From a virus, in the IMG/VR virus record IMGVR_UViG_3300025870_000044, positions 1 to 31,803 of that record: 31,803 nt of DNA; one strand, given 5' to 3'. Of this stretch, positions 7,501 to 15,293 are shown piece by piece; positions within the stretch are counted from its first letter, which is position 1; every line of letters begins with the position of its first letter. The notes under the pieces are model-generated. The model was not told the DNA's origin, did no database searches, and was given only the letters and a program-made list of their open reading frames with translations. The position numbers and the translations under genes are program-made.

Positions 7501-7770
7501 ATGGATAAAAAACCAACAATCTACTGCGGAGGCGGTAAAAAAATGAATGATAACTGGATGACTGTTACTGTTCATATTGATAAAGTAAAAGAACATGTTT
7601 TTGATTATAAAGGAAACAAGTATCTTAAATTAAATGTAAACCTAAAGGACCAGCCTGACCAATACGGAAAAGATGTGTCTTTAAGTGTTAACACATACAA
7701 CCCAGAAGAACAAAAAGAGACTAAGCCAGTGGCAGAGGTTTCTAATAGTTCTGATGACTTACCCTTTTAA
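7501..7770 (+). CDS. Small SSB-like protein (89 aa) with a canonical acidic SSB C-terminal tip.
   Basis: It ends ...SNSSDDLPF, resembling the bacterial SSB tail D-D-D-I-P-F. A Gly-rich N-terminus and beta-rich core (TVTVHIDKV, KYLKLNVNL) are followed by a disordered linker. Confidence 0.5.
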   Translation: MDKKPTIYCGGGKKMNDNWMTVTVHIDKVKEHVFDYKGNKYLKLNVNLKDQPDQYGKDVSLSVNTYNPEEQKETKPVAEVSNSSDDLPF

Positions 7771-7775
7771 GTTAT

Positions 7776-8093
7776 ATGAAAGAGTCAAAAGTCTTGAAGG
7801 CATTGGGTTTGAGTTGGTTAGATATACAAAATATGTTAACAAACGGAATGACAATGCCTGAAATTGCTAAAAAATATAAAATAACTTATATTAGTTTAGT
7901 ACAAGCCTATAGAATCCAGAAAAAGGATTTTAAATATATTGACTACAAACAACCTAAAAAAGAAGTAGAGGACATTAAAATAGTGTCCTCTAGTTTCGAT
8001 AGGTTATACACTGAAGAGTCATTAAATGAAAATGAGTTATTAGCCTTTTACAAATACGAACAAAAAAACAAAGCATATTTTGACTTTAATTAA
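7776..8093 (+). CDS. Helix-turn-helix DNA-binding protein (105 aa).
   Basis: HTH-like segment MTMPEIAKKYKITYISLVQAY. Confidence 0.45.
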   Translation: MKESKVLKALGLSWLDIQNMLTNGMTMPEIAKKYKITYISLVQAYRIQKKDFKYIDYKQPKKEVEDIKIVSSSFDRLYTEESLNENELLAFYKYEQKNKAYFDFN

Positions 8094-8502
8094 CAATCAT
8101 AAACAAATTAAACAAGTCGTAGACTTCACTGGTTTACAAAATGGGTTAATACATCCTACTGACATAGACGCTGTCTTAGAGTTTGACAATGATGTTTTAA
8201 TAATTATAGAGTTAAAATATAAAAATGCTGAAATACCTACAGGACAAAGGTTGGTTTTAGAAAGAATTTGCAATTCATGGCACACAAAAAAGTCAGTAGT
8301 TTTAAAAGTAGAACACGACTTTAATGTAGAAAATGAAGCAATACCTTTAGACAGTTGCACAGTAACTAAAATTTATTATAATAGTAAATGGCATAATAAA
8401 AATATTAATTTAGTTGACCAATTAAACAACTTAGGTAAACATTTTAACTGCAACAAACTACAATTTAATACAAACAATGAGCAAAGAACTACCCTATTTT
8501 AA
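8080..8502 (+). CDS. PD-(D/E)XK-fold nuclease-like protein (140 aa; TTG start uncertain).
   Basis: HPTDIDAVLEF...VLIIIELKYK fits the D-x(n)-E-x-K restriction-endonuclease-like core. Confidence 0.4.
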   Translation: MTLINNHKQIKQVVDFTGLQNGLIHPTDIDAVLEFDNDVLIIIELKYKNAEIPTGQRLVLERICNSWHTKKSVVLKVEHDFNVENEAIPLDSCTVTKIYYNSKWHNKNINLVDQLNNLGKHFNCNKLQFNTNNEQRTTLF

Positions 8503-8866
8503 AGCGTTTCCTAGTCAGTGGCTAGGAGGTGATATAATGTATTTATCTAAAGAGGACAAAGGGTCTTTTATAGATGCCTGTTTTCACTACTGGAATAAAG
8601 ATTGTTCAATGACCTATATTAAAATGGCTAGGCGAATTGGTCAAGATTCTCTAGACGTTCTAATAGATGAGGGAATGATTGAAAAAAAGGACAACCAAAT
8701 TAACATAAAATTTTTAGATACACAATACAAAGAAAGAAAAGAACAATATTTTAAACGAGTCGAAGCTGCTAAAAAGTCAAAGAAAAAAACTACATTTAGT
8801 GACCCAATACACAAAAATACTGACTCATTAAAGAAATTTTTAAGCACAATCAATGATACTAAATAA
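8477..8866 (+). CDS. DUF1376 / YdaU-like replication-associated protein (129 aa).
   Basis: N-terminal LPYFKAFPSQWLGGDIMYLSKEDKGSFIDACFHYW matches the DUF1376 signature. It sits directly upstream of the helicase. Confidence 0.5.
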   Translation: MSKELPYFKAFPSQWLGGDIMYLSKEDKGSFIDACFHYWNKDCSMTYIKMARRIGQDSLDVLIDEGMIEKKDNQINIKFLDTQYKERKEQYFKRVEAAKKSKKKTTFSDPIHKNTDSLKKFLSTINDTK

Positions 8867-9725
8867 AGGCTACGGACTAGACTACGCTATTAAATACAAA
8901 AACGGAGAGATTAAAAAAGGTCTAGGAATAGGCTGTCCAATTACTGACAAGTATGTAAGATTTAAAACTGGTCAAATGGTAGTAGTTTCTGGCTTTCCAA
9001 ATGTTGGTAAAACTTACTTTTTTATTTGGTATTTACTTTGTCACTCTATAAATAACAATTTGAAATGGTGTGTTTGGAGTGGAGAAAACTCTCCAGAACT
9101 ATTAAAAATTAGTATGATTCAAATGCTAACAGGACAAAAAGTTGAGGACCTAACTGAATCAGAAATTAAAAAACAAATAGAAATCATTGACAGTTACTTT
9201 AAATTTGTAGACAATAGAAAGTTATACACTGCTGGAGACCTTTTAAATATATTTGCTAAAGAAGATGTAGACGGTTGCTTAATAGACCCTTACACTGGTC
9301 TAAATATAGAAAGAGGTGGTAAGCTTGGACAGTTTGATAGAAATTATTTATTCTGTAATAATGTTAGAGAGTTTTGTAATAAGACTGGAAAGACAGTTTA
9401 TATTAATACACATCCAATAAGCGAAGCAGCTAGAAGAGTCTACAAGCCTGGACATACTTTAGAGGGCTTCGTCCAGCCTCCAAAGTCTAGTGATATTGAG
9501 GGAGGCATGGGGTTCATAAATCGAGCTGACGATGTATATGCTATTCACAGAATGGGCAACCATCCAGAGTTTAAAACAATGACAGAACTACATGTTCAAA
9601 AGGTTAAAAATGTTATGACTGGAGGAGAACTTACTACACTAGATGAACCTTTAAGATTTAATTTTTACAATGGTTATTATACAATTGGAGGTAATAATCC
9701 ACTAAAACACATACAAAATGGATGA
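8853..9725 (+). CDS. DnaB-C-terminal-domain-type replicative helicase (290 aa, no DnaB N-terminal domain).
   Basis: Walker A GFPNVGKT, SGENSPELLKISMIQMLTG (compare SLEMS..QL), Walker B GCLIDPY, and SDIEGGMGFINRADDVYAIHR (compare SG.IEQDAD.V..L.R). Confidence 0.7.
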   Translation: MILNKGYGLDYAIKYKNGEIKKGLGIGCPITDKYVRFKTGQMVVVSGFPNVGKTYFFIWYLLCHSINNNLKWCVWSGENSPELLKISMIQMLTGQKVEDLTESEIKKQIEIIDSYFKFVDNRKLYTAGDLLNIFAKEDVDGCLIDPYTGLNIERGGKLGQFDRNYLFCNNVREFCNKTGKTVYINTHPISEAARRVYKPGHTLEGFVQPPKSSDIEGGMGFINRADDVYAIHRMGNHPEFKTMTELHVQKVKNVMTGGELTTLDEPLRFNFYNGYYTIGGNNPLKHIQNG

Positions 9726-10017
9726 ATTAGATATTATTTTAAGAAAAAATAGACTAGATATAATGATTATTAAAGCTAGTGCTGAAGTTGAAAAGAATAA
9801 TAATAAAGTAAAAAAGGAAGGTCTAGAAGTTTTAATGGATATACTAGAACTTATACACGATTTACAGCACGAAATTAGACAAAACTATAAAGACATAGCT
9901 AAACTTAAATATGAAAATGCTGTAGCTTACAAAGAAAACGCTATAATAAAATCAGAATTTTCTACCTACAAACACAACTTAAAAAAAGCAGAATTAGAAT
10001 CTAACAAAAATGAATAA
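9718..10017 (+). CDS. Hypothetical coiled-coil protein (99 aa).
   Basis: ORF with charged, heptad-like composition. Confidence 0.4.
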   Translation: MDELDIILRKNRLDIMIIKASAEVEKNNNKVKKEGLEVLMDILELIHDLQHEIRQNYKDIAKLKYENAVAYKENAIIKSEFSTYKHNLKKAELESNKNE

Positions 10018-10129
10018 AATTTATTTTCTTATATTAGCGTCACACATCACAGTTTTTTTTTGTGGTTGTGTATTTAGTTTATTAATCGAAAAGTATAATA
10101 ATCAAAATGAAAAAAAGGACTTTAAATGA
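10010..10129 (+). CDS. Micro-ORF: 39-aa single-pass membrane peptide.
   Basis: Hand-translated: MNKIYFLILASHITVFFCGCVFSLLIEKYNNQNEKKDFK. Its ATG overlaps the upstream gene end. Confidence 0.3.
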   Translation: MNKIYFLILASHITVFFCGCVFSLLIEKYNNQNEKKDFK

Positions 10130-10265
10130 ATACAGACAAACAAAAGACGCAGACTATAGCCATCCTTATAATAGCACTGACGGTAGTATTAATTTACTCT
10201 GTAGGATATATCCTAATGACGCTGAGTTAGGTAAAATTATTAGAAAACATTTTCAAAAATTATGA
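10107..10265 (+). CDS. Micro-ORF: 52-aa hypothetical protein.
   Basis: Hand-translated: MKKRTLNEYRQTKDADYSHPYNSTDGSINLLCRIYPNDAELGKIIRKHFQKL. Its stop overlaps the methyltransferase ATG (ATGA at 10262-10265). Confidence 0.3.
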   Translation: MKKRTLNEYRQTKDADYSHPYNSTDGSINLLCRIYPNDAELGKIIRKHFQKL

Positions 10266-10936
10266 AGATATTAAATTTATATGCTTGCTTAGGTGGTAAC
10301 AGATACAAATGGGATGAGGTTACAGATGTAGAAGTTACTGCTGTAGAATTAGACCCAGAAGCTGCAAGATTATACCAAGAAAGGTTTCCTAATGATACTG
10401 TAATAGTTGCAGATGCACATCAATATTTATTAGACCATTACAAAGAGTTTGATTTTATATGGAGTTCTCCTCCTTGCCCAACGCATTCCAGGGCAAGGTA
10501 TTGGGCAATTGGAGCTAATGGAAAAAACCCAACATACCCAAACTTAAATTTATATGGTGAAATTCTTTTATTAGATTATCACTTTAAAGGAAAGTATGTA
10601 GTTGAAAATGTAATTCCTTACTATGAACCAATGTTAAATCCAAAAAAAAGAGGAAGGCATTTATATTGGACTAATTTTAATTTACCAAATAATTTAAATG
10701 ATAGAAGATTTAGCATCAGTCAAACAAAAAATGAATTAAATGCTTTATCAGAATTTCATAATTATAATTTTACTAAATATAAGGGAAACCAAAGTAAAAT
10801 TAAAATTGGTCGCAACCTAGTAGACTATGAAGCTGGTAGAACAATATTAGAAACAGCAGTAGGAATAACAAGAAAACAAAATATAAACCAAACAACTATA
10901 TTTGATGAATGCAAATCAGAAAGGCAAGCGTTTTGA
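10262..10936 (+). CDS. DNA (cytosine-5) methyltransferase, unusually compact (224 aa).
   Basis: Motif I LNLYACLGGN (FxGxG-like). Motif II VTAVELDPEA. Motif IV FIWSSPPCPTHS (the PC catalytic dipeptide). Motif VI YVVENV. RGRHLYW (motif VIII-like). IGRNLV (motif X-like). Confidence 0.7.
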   Translation: MKILNLYACLGGNRYKWDEVTDVEVTAVELDPEAARLYQERFPNDTVIVADAHQYLLDHYKEFDFIWSSPPCPTHSRARYWAIGANGKNPTYPNLNLYGEILLLDYHFKGKYVVENVIPYYEPMLNPKKRGRHLYWTNFNLPNNLNDRRFSISQTKNELNALSEFHNYNFTKYKGNQSKIKIGRNLVDYEAGRTILETAVGITRKQNINQTTIFDECKSERQAF

Positions 10937-11273
10937 AAGAGACGTGGCTAAACAACTAAATAAAAAGTTTAATACTAATGTAAGACGCACCCCTATGAGT
11001 GGTGGAATGAGTATTAAAGGAGACATTATAGACATTAATCCAGACTCTGTTTTATTTGACTATCATTGGGAATGTAAGAACCAAGAAAAGTTAAACATCT
11101 GGAAAGCCTTAGAACAGGCTAGAAGTGACAGACCAATGGGTAAAATTCCTGTTGTAGTGTTTACTAAGAACTTTGAGAAAGACTATGCCTGTTTAGAATT
11201 TGAGGACTTTATGAATTTATTATTAACAATACAACAACTACAAGATGAAATCAACACTAAAAAAGATAGCTGA
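10902..11273 (+). CDS. PD-(D/E)XK nuclease, Holliday-junction-resolvase-like (123 aa).
   Basis: KGKRFERDVAKQL N-terminus followed by GDIIDI...HWECKN (D...E-x-K), as in Hjc-type or phage resolvases. Confidence 0.5.
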   Translation: MMNANQKGKRFERDVAKQLNKKFNTNVRRTPMSGGMSIKGDIIDINPDSVLFDYHWECKNQEKLNIWKALEQARSDRPMGKIPVVVFTKNFEKDYACLEFEDFMNLLLTIQQLQDEINTKKDS

Positions 11274-11589
11274 AATAATCAAAGACTACAAACAAACTGA
11301 CGTATTTGATGGTAACAGCTTAAATAAACAACTAAAAGAATTGACAGCCTATCTATACTATATAGAAACTATTAGAACTAAAGCACACAAAGACTATGAA
11401 AAAGTCATACACGATAGAGTGAAAGAGGGTTTTTCTGTAGCTAGAGCTACTAATGAGGCTAATGTAGAAGTCCCTGAGATGTATGAACTTAGAAGATTAT
11501 TAGAGTCTGGCTATAGAGTTATAGATGCAATGAGAACAAACATAAGTTTTCTTAAGTCTGAAATGTACAACGTAACAAAAGAATATTAA
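11245..11589 (+). CDS. Hypothetical helical protein (114 aa).
   Basis: ORF only. Confidence 0.4.
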   Translation: MKSTLKKIAEIIKDYKQTDVFDGNSLNKQLKELTAYLYYIETIRTKAHKDYEKVIHDRVKEGFSVARATNEANVEVPEMYELRRLLESGYRVIDAMRTNISFLKSEMYNVTKEY

Positions 11590-12077
11590 TGGACAGAAAG
11601 CTAATTAAGAAAATAGAAAACTTTATATTTTGGATAGGTAGAGAATATAATGTCGTAGAGTTAGAGGACTTTAAACAAGACATTTTCATGATTCTACTTA
11701 ACAAGGGTGAAGACTTTATTATCCAATTAGACAAAGAAAACTCTATTAAGAAATATGTTTATAAACTTTGCCTCTATCAAATAATTAGCGAGCGTGGACA
11801 ATACAGAACTAAATACTATTTACCTAGTCAATTTAGTAGCATAGAAGACATAGAAACCTACTCTAATAGTTGTTTTAAAGATGAGGTATTAAAAGACCTT
11901 ATTGACTCTTTAGATGGTTTAGATAAAATAATGATGGAACAATTATTGATTTGTAGTGGTAATAGAAACTGTTTAGCTGAAAAAAGCGACATTCACCGTA
12001 ACACAATACAATATAAGTTCAAAGAATTAGCAAACAAGATAAAACAAAAATGGACATTAAATGAATTCTATAGTTGA
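11589..12077 (+). CDS. Sigma-70 family (ECF-like) sigma factor / late-gene transcription regulator (162 aa).
   Basis: Region-2-like EDFKQDIFMILLNK and KKYVYKLCLYQIISERGQY. Region-4-like LDKIMMEQLLICSGNRNCLAEKSDIHRNTIQYKFKELANKIK with an HTH. It lies at the end of the early block. Confidence 0.45.
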   Translation: MDRKLIKKIENFIFWIGREYNVVELEDFKQDIFMILLNKGEDFIIQLDKENSIKKYVYKLCLYQIISERGQYRTKYYLPSQFSSIEDIETYSNSCFKDEVLKDLIDSLDGLDKIMMEQLLICSGNRNCLAEKSDIHRNTIQYKFKELANKIKQKWTLNEFYS

Positions 12078-12276
12078 CATATTAGTAATAATTACCATAG
12101 CTACAACATGGGTAGACTATGCTAGACCTTTGATTAATAAATGGGACTACAAGCCTTTTAACTGTAGTTTTTGCCTTACCTTCTGGCTATCATTAATTTA
12201 TTTTTTAATAACTTTAAACCCAATAATATTAATAACTCCGTTAATTTTACGTATAATTGAAAGACGATTGCTATGA
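12061..12276 (+). CDS. Small membrane protein (71 aa, 2 TM).
   Basis: Hydrophobic segments ILVIITIATTWV and CLTFWLSLIYFLITLNPIILITPLIL. Confidence 0.4.
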   Translation: MNSIVDILVIITIATTWVDYARPLINKWDYKPFNCSFCLTFWLSLIYFLITLNPIILITPLILRIIERRLL

Positions 12277-12533
12277 CAATAGAAGAAACCATAAAACTAT
12301 ATAACAAAACAAGTGCCTTTCCTGGCTCTGTAGACATATCCTTTTTAAGAAACAACTTAGAACCAATACTAAAAGAATTACATCCAGACATGAAAGTGAG
12401 TTGGGCTTGTAATAGTTGCGTAAAAAACCAAATGCAAATCTTATTTAATTGGCTTACTGAAAAAGAAGCTAAGGAAGTTAAACAAGTAAAAAAGAAAAAG
12501 AATGCCAAACGAAAGAGAACTACTAAAAAGTGA
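12273..12533 (+). CDS. Hypothetical protein (86 aa) with a CxxC motif and a Lys-rich tail.
   Basis: ORF with ATGA overlap to the upstream gene. Contains WACNSCV and ends KKKKNAKRKRTTKK. Confidence 0.4.
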   Translation: MTIEETIKLYNKTSAFPGSVDISFLRNNLEPILKELHPDMKVSWACNSCVKNQMQILFNWLTEKEAKEVKQVKKKKNAKRKRTTKK

Positions 12534-12723
12534 TTTTAGCTATGGTTATTATATAGACGATGAGGGACTTTATTTCTACTCAGAAATGAATGGGGAAGTC
12601 TACCAGTGTTTTGACATTAATGGGGTTGCCTCTACAACTTTTGATTTTGACGCAGATTATAGAATATTAGAATTAGCATACATACACGAAGAAAATGGAT
12701 TGGATGATTTTGGAGAAAACTAA
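12502..12723 (+). CDS. Hypothetical acidic protein (73 aa).
   Basis: ORF only. Confidence 0.35.
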   Translation: MPNERELLKSDFSYGYYIDDEGLYFYSEMNGEVYQCFDINGVASTTFDFDADYRILELAYIHEENGLDDFGEN

Positions 12724-12874
12724 AAAAGAAATGTTAAAAAGGAGATTAACATATAATAATAAAAGAGTTTATATTAAATCATTAAGTAGCAAAATAGCTA
12801 TTGTTAGTCATACTGAGGAAGGTAATTATAAACAATTTAAAGTTAATATTGAGGACCTAGTAGAGTTTAAATGA
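12695..12874 (+). CDS. Micro-ORF: 59-aa hypothetical protein.
   Basis: Hand-translated: MDWMILEKTKKEMLKRRLTYNNKRVYIKSLSSKIAIVSHTEEGNYKQFKVNIEDLVEFK. Its stop overlaps the next ATG (ATGA). Confidence 0.3.
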   Translation: MDWMILEKTKKEMLKRRLTYNNKRVYIKSLSSKIAIVSHTEEGNYKQFKVNIEDLVEFK

Positions 12875-13026
12875 AACTAACACCTAAAGAAATAAAAGAA
12901 CAAAAAGCTAAGTTTGGAAGTAAAGCTGTAAATTACTTTGTTAGGTTTATGGAAGCTAAAAGAAAATGGAGGAGACTTCCAGACTACTTTATAAAACAAG
13001 TTATAGACAATAGCGAGAAACTATGA
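12871..13026 (+). CDS. Micro-ORF: 51-aa hypothetical protein.
   Basis: Hand-translated: MKLTPKEIKEQKAKFGSKAVNYFVRFMEAKRKWRRLPDYFIKQVIDNSEKL. It has ATGA overlaps at both ends and so bridges to terS. Confidence 0.3.
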   Translation: MKLTPKEIKEQKAKFGSKAVNYFVRFMEAKRKWRRLPDYFIKQVIDNSEKL

Positions 13027-13490
13027 ATAAGCTAACACCTAAACAACGTAAATTTGCTGAGGAGTATGTCAACACTGGCAATGCGTCAGAGGCTTATAGA
13101 CGGGCTTATAATGTTAGCGAAACAACTAGTCTGGACACTATTAAAGTAAACTCTAGTAAGCTGTTAGCAGATACTAACATAATACTAACAGTCAAAGAGT
13201 TACAGAAACAAGAAGCAGAAGCCTTTCAAATAACACGTAAGGAAGTAGCTGAGGGCTATTTTAAGATGATTAAAAGTTGGGAATATCTAATGGACCTAGC
13301 AGCAAAAGAAAACCTCACAAAAGAGCAGAAAGCTAAATTCTATTTACTTAAAGAAATGGTCAAGGGTTCTGACTATAGAGGTGCTTATGATTCTATAGCT
13401 AAGATGTTTGGGCTAAATGCACCAGACAAACAAGAGATTGAATCCACAGTTAATAATATTAATATCAACATAAAGCGTGGAAGCGACTGA
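13023..13490 (+). CDS. terS: Terminase small subunit (Terminase_2-like).
   Basis: LTPKQRKFAEEYVNTGNASEAYRRAYNVSE matches the family N-terminal HTH signature. It lies immediately upstream of, and overlaps, terL. Confidence 0.8.
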   Translation: MNKLTPKQRKFAEEYVNTGNASEAYRRAYNVSETTSLDTIKVNSSKLLADTNIILTVKELQKQEAEAFQITRKEVAEGYFKMIKSWEYLMDLAAKENLTKEQKAKFYLLKEMVKGSDYRGAYDSIAKMFGLNAPDKQEIESTVNNININIKRGSD

Positions 13491-14655
13491 AATATTCGAG
13501 CGTAATTATGACAGTCAGTCTAAAATCGTAATAAATAGAGGAGGGACTAGAAGTTCTAAAACCTGGTCGTTAAATCAATTATGTGCATTGTGGTTAATTA
13601 GTGGCAACTATGGAGATGGTAAGTATTGTCATGAGGGTGTATGGACCACAGTTAGGAAATATAGGACAAATTTAGATGGTACAGTAATTAGAGACTTTGA
13701 GGACATTTTAAAGGCTGAGGGTTGGTATTCTGGAATTGACCATAACAAAACTAAGAAACAGTATAGATATGGAAAAAGGTTAGTAGAGTTTATAGGTGCA
13801 GATGACGAACAAAAGCTAAGGGGGGCTAAAAGAAATATACTTTACTGCAATGAAGCCAATGAGTTAGAATACAAACAAGAGTTTTTTCAGTTACTAATGA
13901 GGACCGAGAATAAGATATTCCTAGACTTTAACCCAGACGATGAACAAATATGGATTAATCAGGAGCTAGAAATAAAGCGTTCTAATGAAGTAGGAGACGT
14001 TGAGGTTATAGTAAGTAACTACAAAAACAATGCGTTTCTACCTAAGTCACTAATAAAAGAAATAGAATACCTAAAACAAACAGACAAAGAGTTCTGGAAG
14101 ATTTATGGACTTGGTGAATATGGAAATATAAGTGGTTTAATATACGAGAATGTCAAGTATGTTGATAGTATGCCAGATTGTAAGTTAGTGGCACATGGAT
14201 TAGATTTTGGCTATTCAATAGATAGTTGTGCAGCTTTGTCAGTTTACCGAAAAGATGACGAACTATATTTAAAAGAGTTAATCTATGAAAGAGAATTGAC
14301 TAATCATGACATAGCAGAAAAGCTAATTCCTATTATTGGTAGAGAAGAGTTAATTTGTGATAGTGCAGAACCTAAGTCAATTGAGGAACTATATAGACTA
14401 GGACTAAACGCTAAACCAGCAGCTAAAGGAAGAGACAGTATTCTAAACGGAATAGACATTCTTAAACGCTATAAAATCAATGTTGTTAATAGTAGTAACC
14501 TTAGAAGAGAGTTTAGGATGTATAAATGGGCAACTGACAAAAACGGAAATAGTCTTCAAAAACCAATAGGACAAGACCATTTAATGGATGCTTTGAGATA
14601 CGTGGCATTAATACATTTAAAAGAAAATAATCGAGGTTGGTATGCAATAAGATAA
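13477..14655 (+). CDS. terL: Terminase large subunit (PBSX/XtmB-like, 392 aa, GTG start).
   Basis: Walker-A-like NRGGTRSSKTWS, then ILYCNEANEL (Walker B / coupling region), and a C-terminal nuclease-like region with HGLDFGYSIDSCA, LICDSAEPKSIEEL and DHLMDALRY. Confidence 0.8.
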   Translation: MEATEIFERNYDSQSKIVINRGGTRSSKTWSLNQLCALWLISGNYGDGKYCHEGVWTTVRKYRTNLDGTVIRDFEDILKAEGWYSGIDHNKTKKQYRYGKRLVEFIGADDEQKLRGAKRNILYCNEANELEYKQEFFQLLMRTENKIFLDFNPDDEQIWINQELEIKRSNEVGDVEVIVSNYKNNAFLPKSLIKEIEYLKQTDKEFWKIYGLGEYGNISGLIYENVKYVDSMPDCKLVAHGLDFGYSIDSCAALSVYRKDDELYLKELIYERELTNHDIAEKLIPIIGREELICDSAEPKSIEELYRLGLNAKPAAKGRDSILNGIDILKRYKINVVNSSNLRREFRMYKWATDKNGNSLQKPIGQDHLMDALRYVALIHLKENNRGWYAIR

Positions 14656-14740
14656 TTTATTATATTTGAATGATAATTAATAAATAACTAACTCAATGCG
14701 TTAGATTAGCCAATGTTTATTAAATTACGTTTTGGGAATT

Positions 14741-14775
14741 GGGAGTGGTCGGCAAAAGAGCGTCACTCCCTTTTT
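14741..14775 (+). terminator. Candidate intrinsic terminator downstream of terL.
   Basis: GGGAGTG (14741-14747) pairs with CACTCCC (14764-14770) and is followed by TTTTT (14771-14775). The 16-nt loop is large. Confidence 0.45.
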
Positions 14776-14792
14776 ATTTACAGGAAAGAAAA

Positions 14793-14836
14793 GAGCAAAT
14801 GCTGAGCAAATGCTATGCAAATGCTGAGCAAATGGG
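14793..14836. repeat. Four tandem 11-bp units: GAGCAAATGCT, GAGCAAATGCT, ATGCAAATGCT, GAGCAAATGGG.
   Basis: Read directly. Unit starts are at 14793, 14804, 14815 and 14826, about one helical turn apart. Confidence 0.9.
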
Positions 14837-14841
14837 GTTAT

Positions 14842-14869
14842 ATAAGATAAGATAAGATATTTATCTTAT
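14842..14869. repeat. (ATAAG)x3 tandem repeat merging into an 8-bp-arm inverted repeat, ATAAGATA-tt-TATCTTAT.
   Basis: Read directly. The inverted-repeat arms are 14852-14859 and 14862-14869. Confidence 0.85.
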
Positions 14870-15011
14870 TATTGATATATACTAATTCATAAACTAGATA
14901 ATTAAATATATTAGTTTTAAGACACTATAAATAGTTAATGTATATAAACATATATAAAAAGTATTTAAGTTTCTTAGAATTGATTTAAATACTATTCTCA
15001 TCCATTGTGAG

Positions 15012-15043
15012 TTAGTATTTTAGTTAGTGTTTAGTTGTTTAGT
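15012..15043. repeat. Cluster of five TTAGT motifs.
   Basis: gttagtattttagttagtgtttagttgtttagtatttta. TTAGT starts at 15012, 15020, 15024, 15031 and 15039. Confidence 0.8.
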
Positions 15044-15067
15044 ATTTTACTTTAAATTATTTAACAG

Positions 15068-15099
15068 TCGTTTAACGTTCGTTCAAACGTTCGTTTAAC
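15068..15099. repeat. Interleaved direct repeats: TCGTTTAAC x2 (15068, 15091) and AACGTTCGTT x2 (15074, 15086).
   Basis: Read directly. Each AACGTTCGTT copy contains the AACGTT palindrome. Confidence 0.9.
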
Positions 15100-15174
15100 C
15101 ATTAAGAATAAGACAAAATAAAACAATAATAACATTATAGAAAAATTAAACAATAAAAAACTAAATAACAATTA

Positions 15175-15205
15175 TAGCACGCTTTAGCACGCTAAATAGC
15201 ACGCT
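15175..15205. repeat. Three copies of TAGCACGCT, starting at 15175, 15185 and 15197.
   Basis: Read directly. This is a GC-rich 9-mer in an otherwise AT-rich context, with 10- and 12-bp spacing. Confidence 0.9.
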
Positions 15206-15227
15206 TTGTTTTTTTACTATTAAAATC

Positions 15228-15258
15228 AAGTGGACTTTAAGTGCACTTCAAGTGGACT
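15228..15258. repeat. Three AAGTG(G/C)ACT sites phased at exactly 11 bp. The central one is the perfect palindrome AAGTGCACTT.
   Basis: AAGTGGACT at 15228, AAGTGCACT at 15239 and AAGTGGACT at 15250. The flanking CAAGTGGACT copies are 22 bp apart. Confidence 0.9.
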
Positions 15259-15269
15259 CTAAGCATATC

Positions 15270-15293
15270 TATTCTATTATTTTTTATTCTATT
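15270..15293. repeat. TATTCTATT x2 (15270, 15285).
   Basis: Read directly. The AT-only composition makes chance occurrence more likely. Confidence 0.6.

Noticed and set aside
14713-14805. A 30-codon ORF inside the non-coding island as a protein-coding gene.
   Set aside because: It is very short, runs through the terminator-like hairpin and into the 11-bp tandem repeats, and has no coupling to neighbours. It is kept only as an alternative in the small-transcript finding.
14793-15293. Short tandem and dispersed repeats as a CRISPR array.
   Set aside because: The units are 5-11 bp with no 25-40-bp repeat/spacer periodicity, and no cas genes are present.
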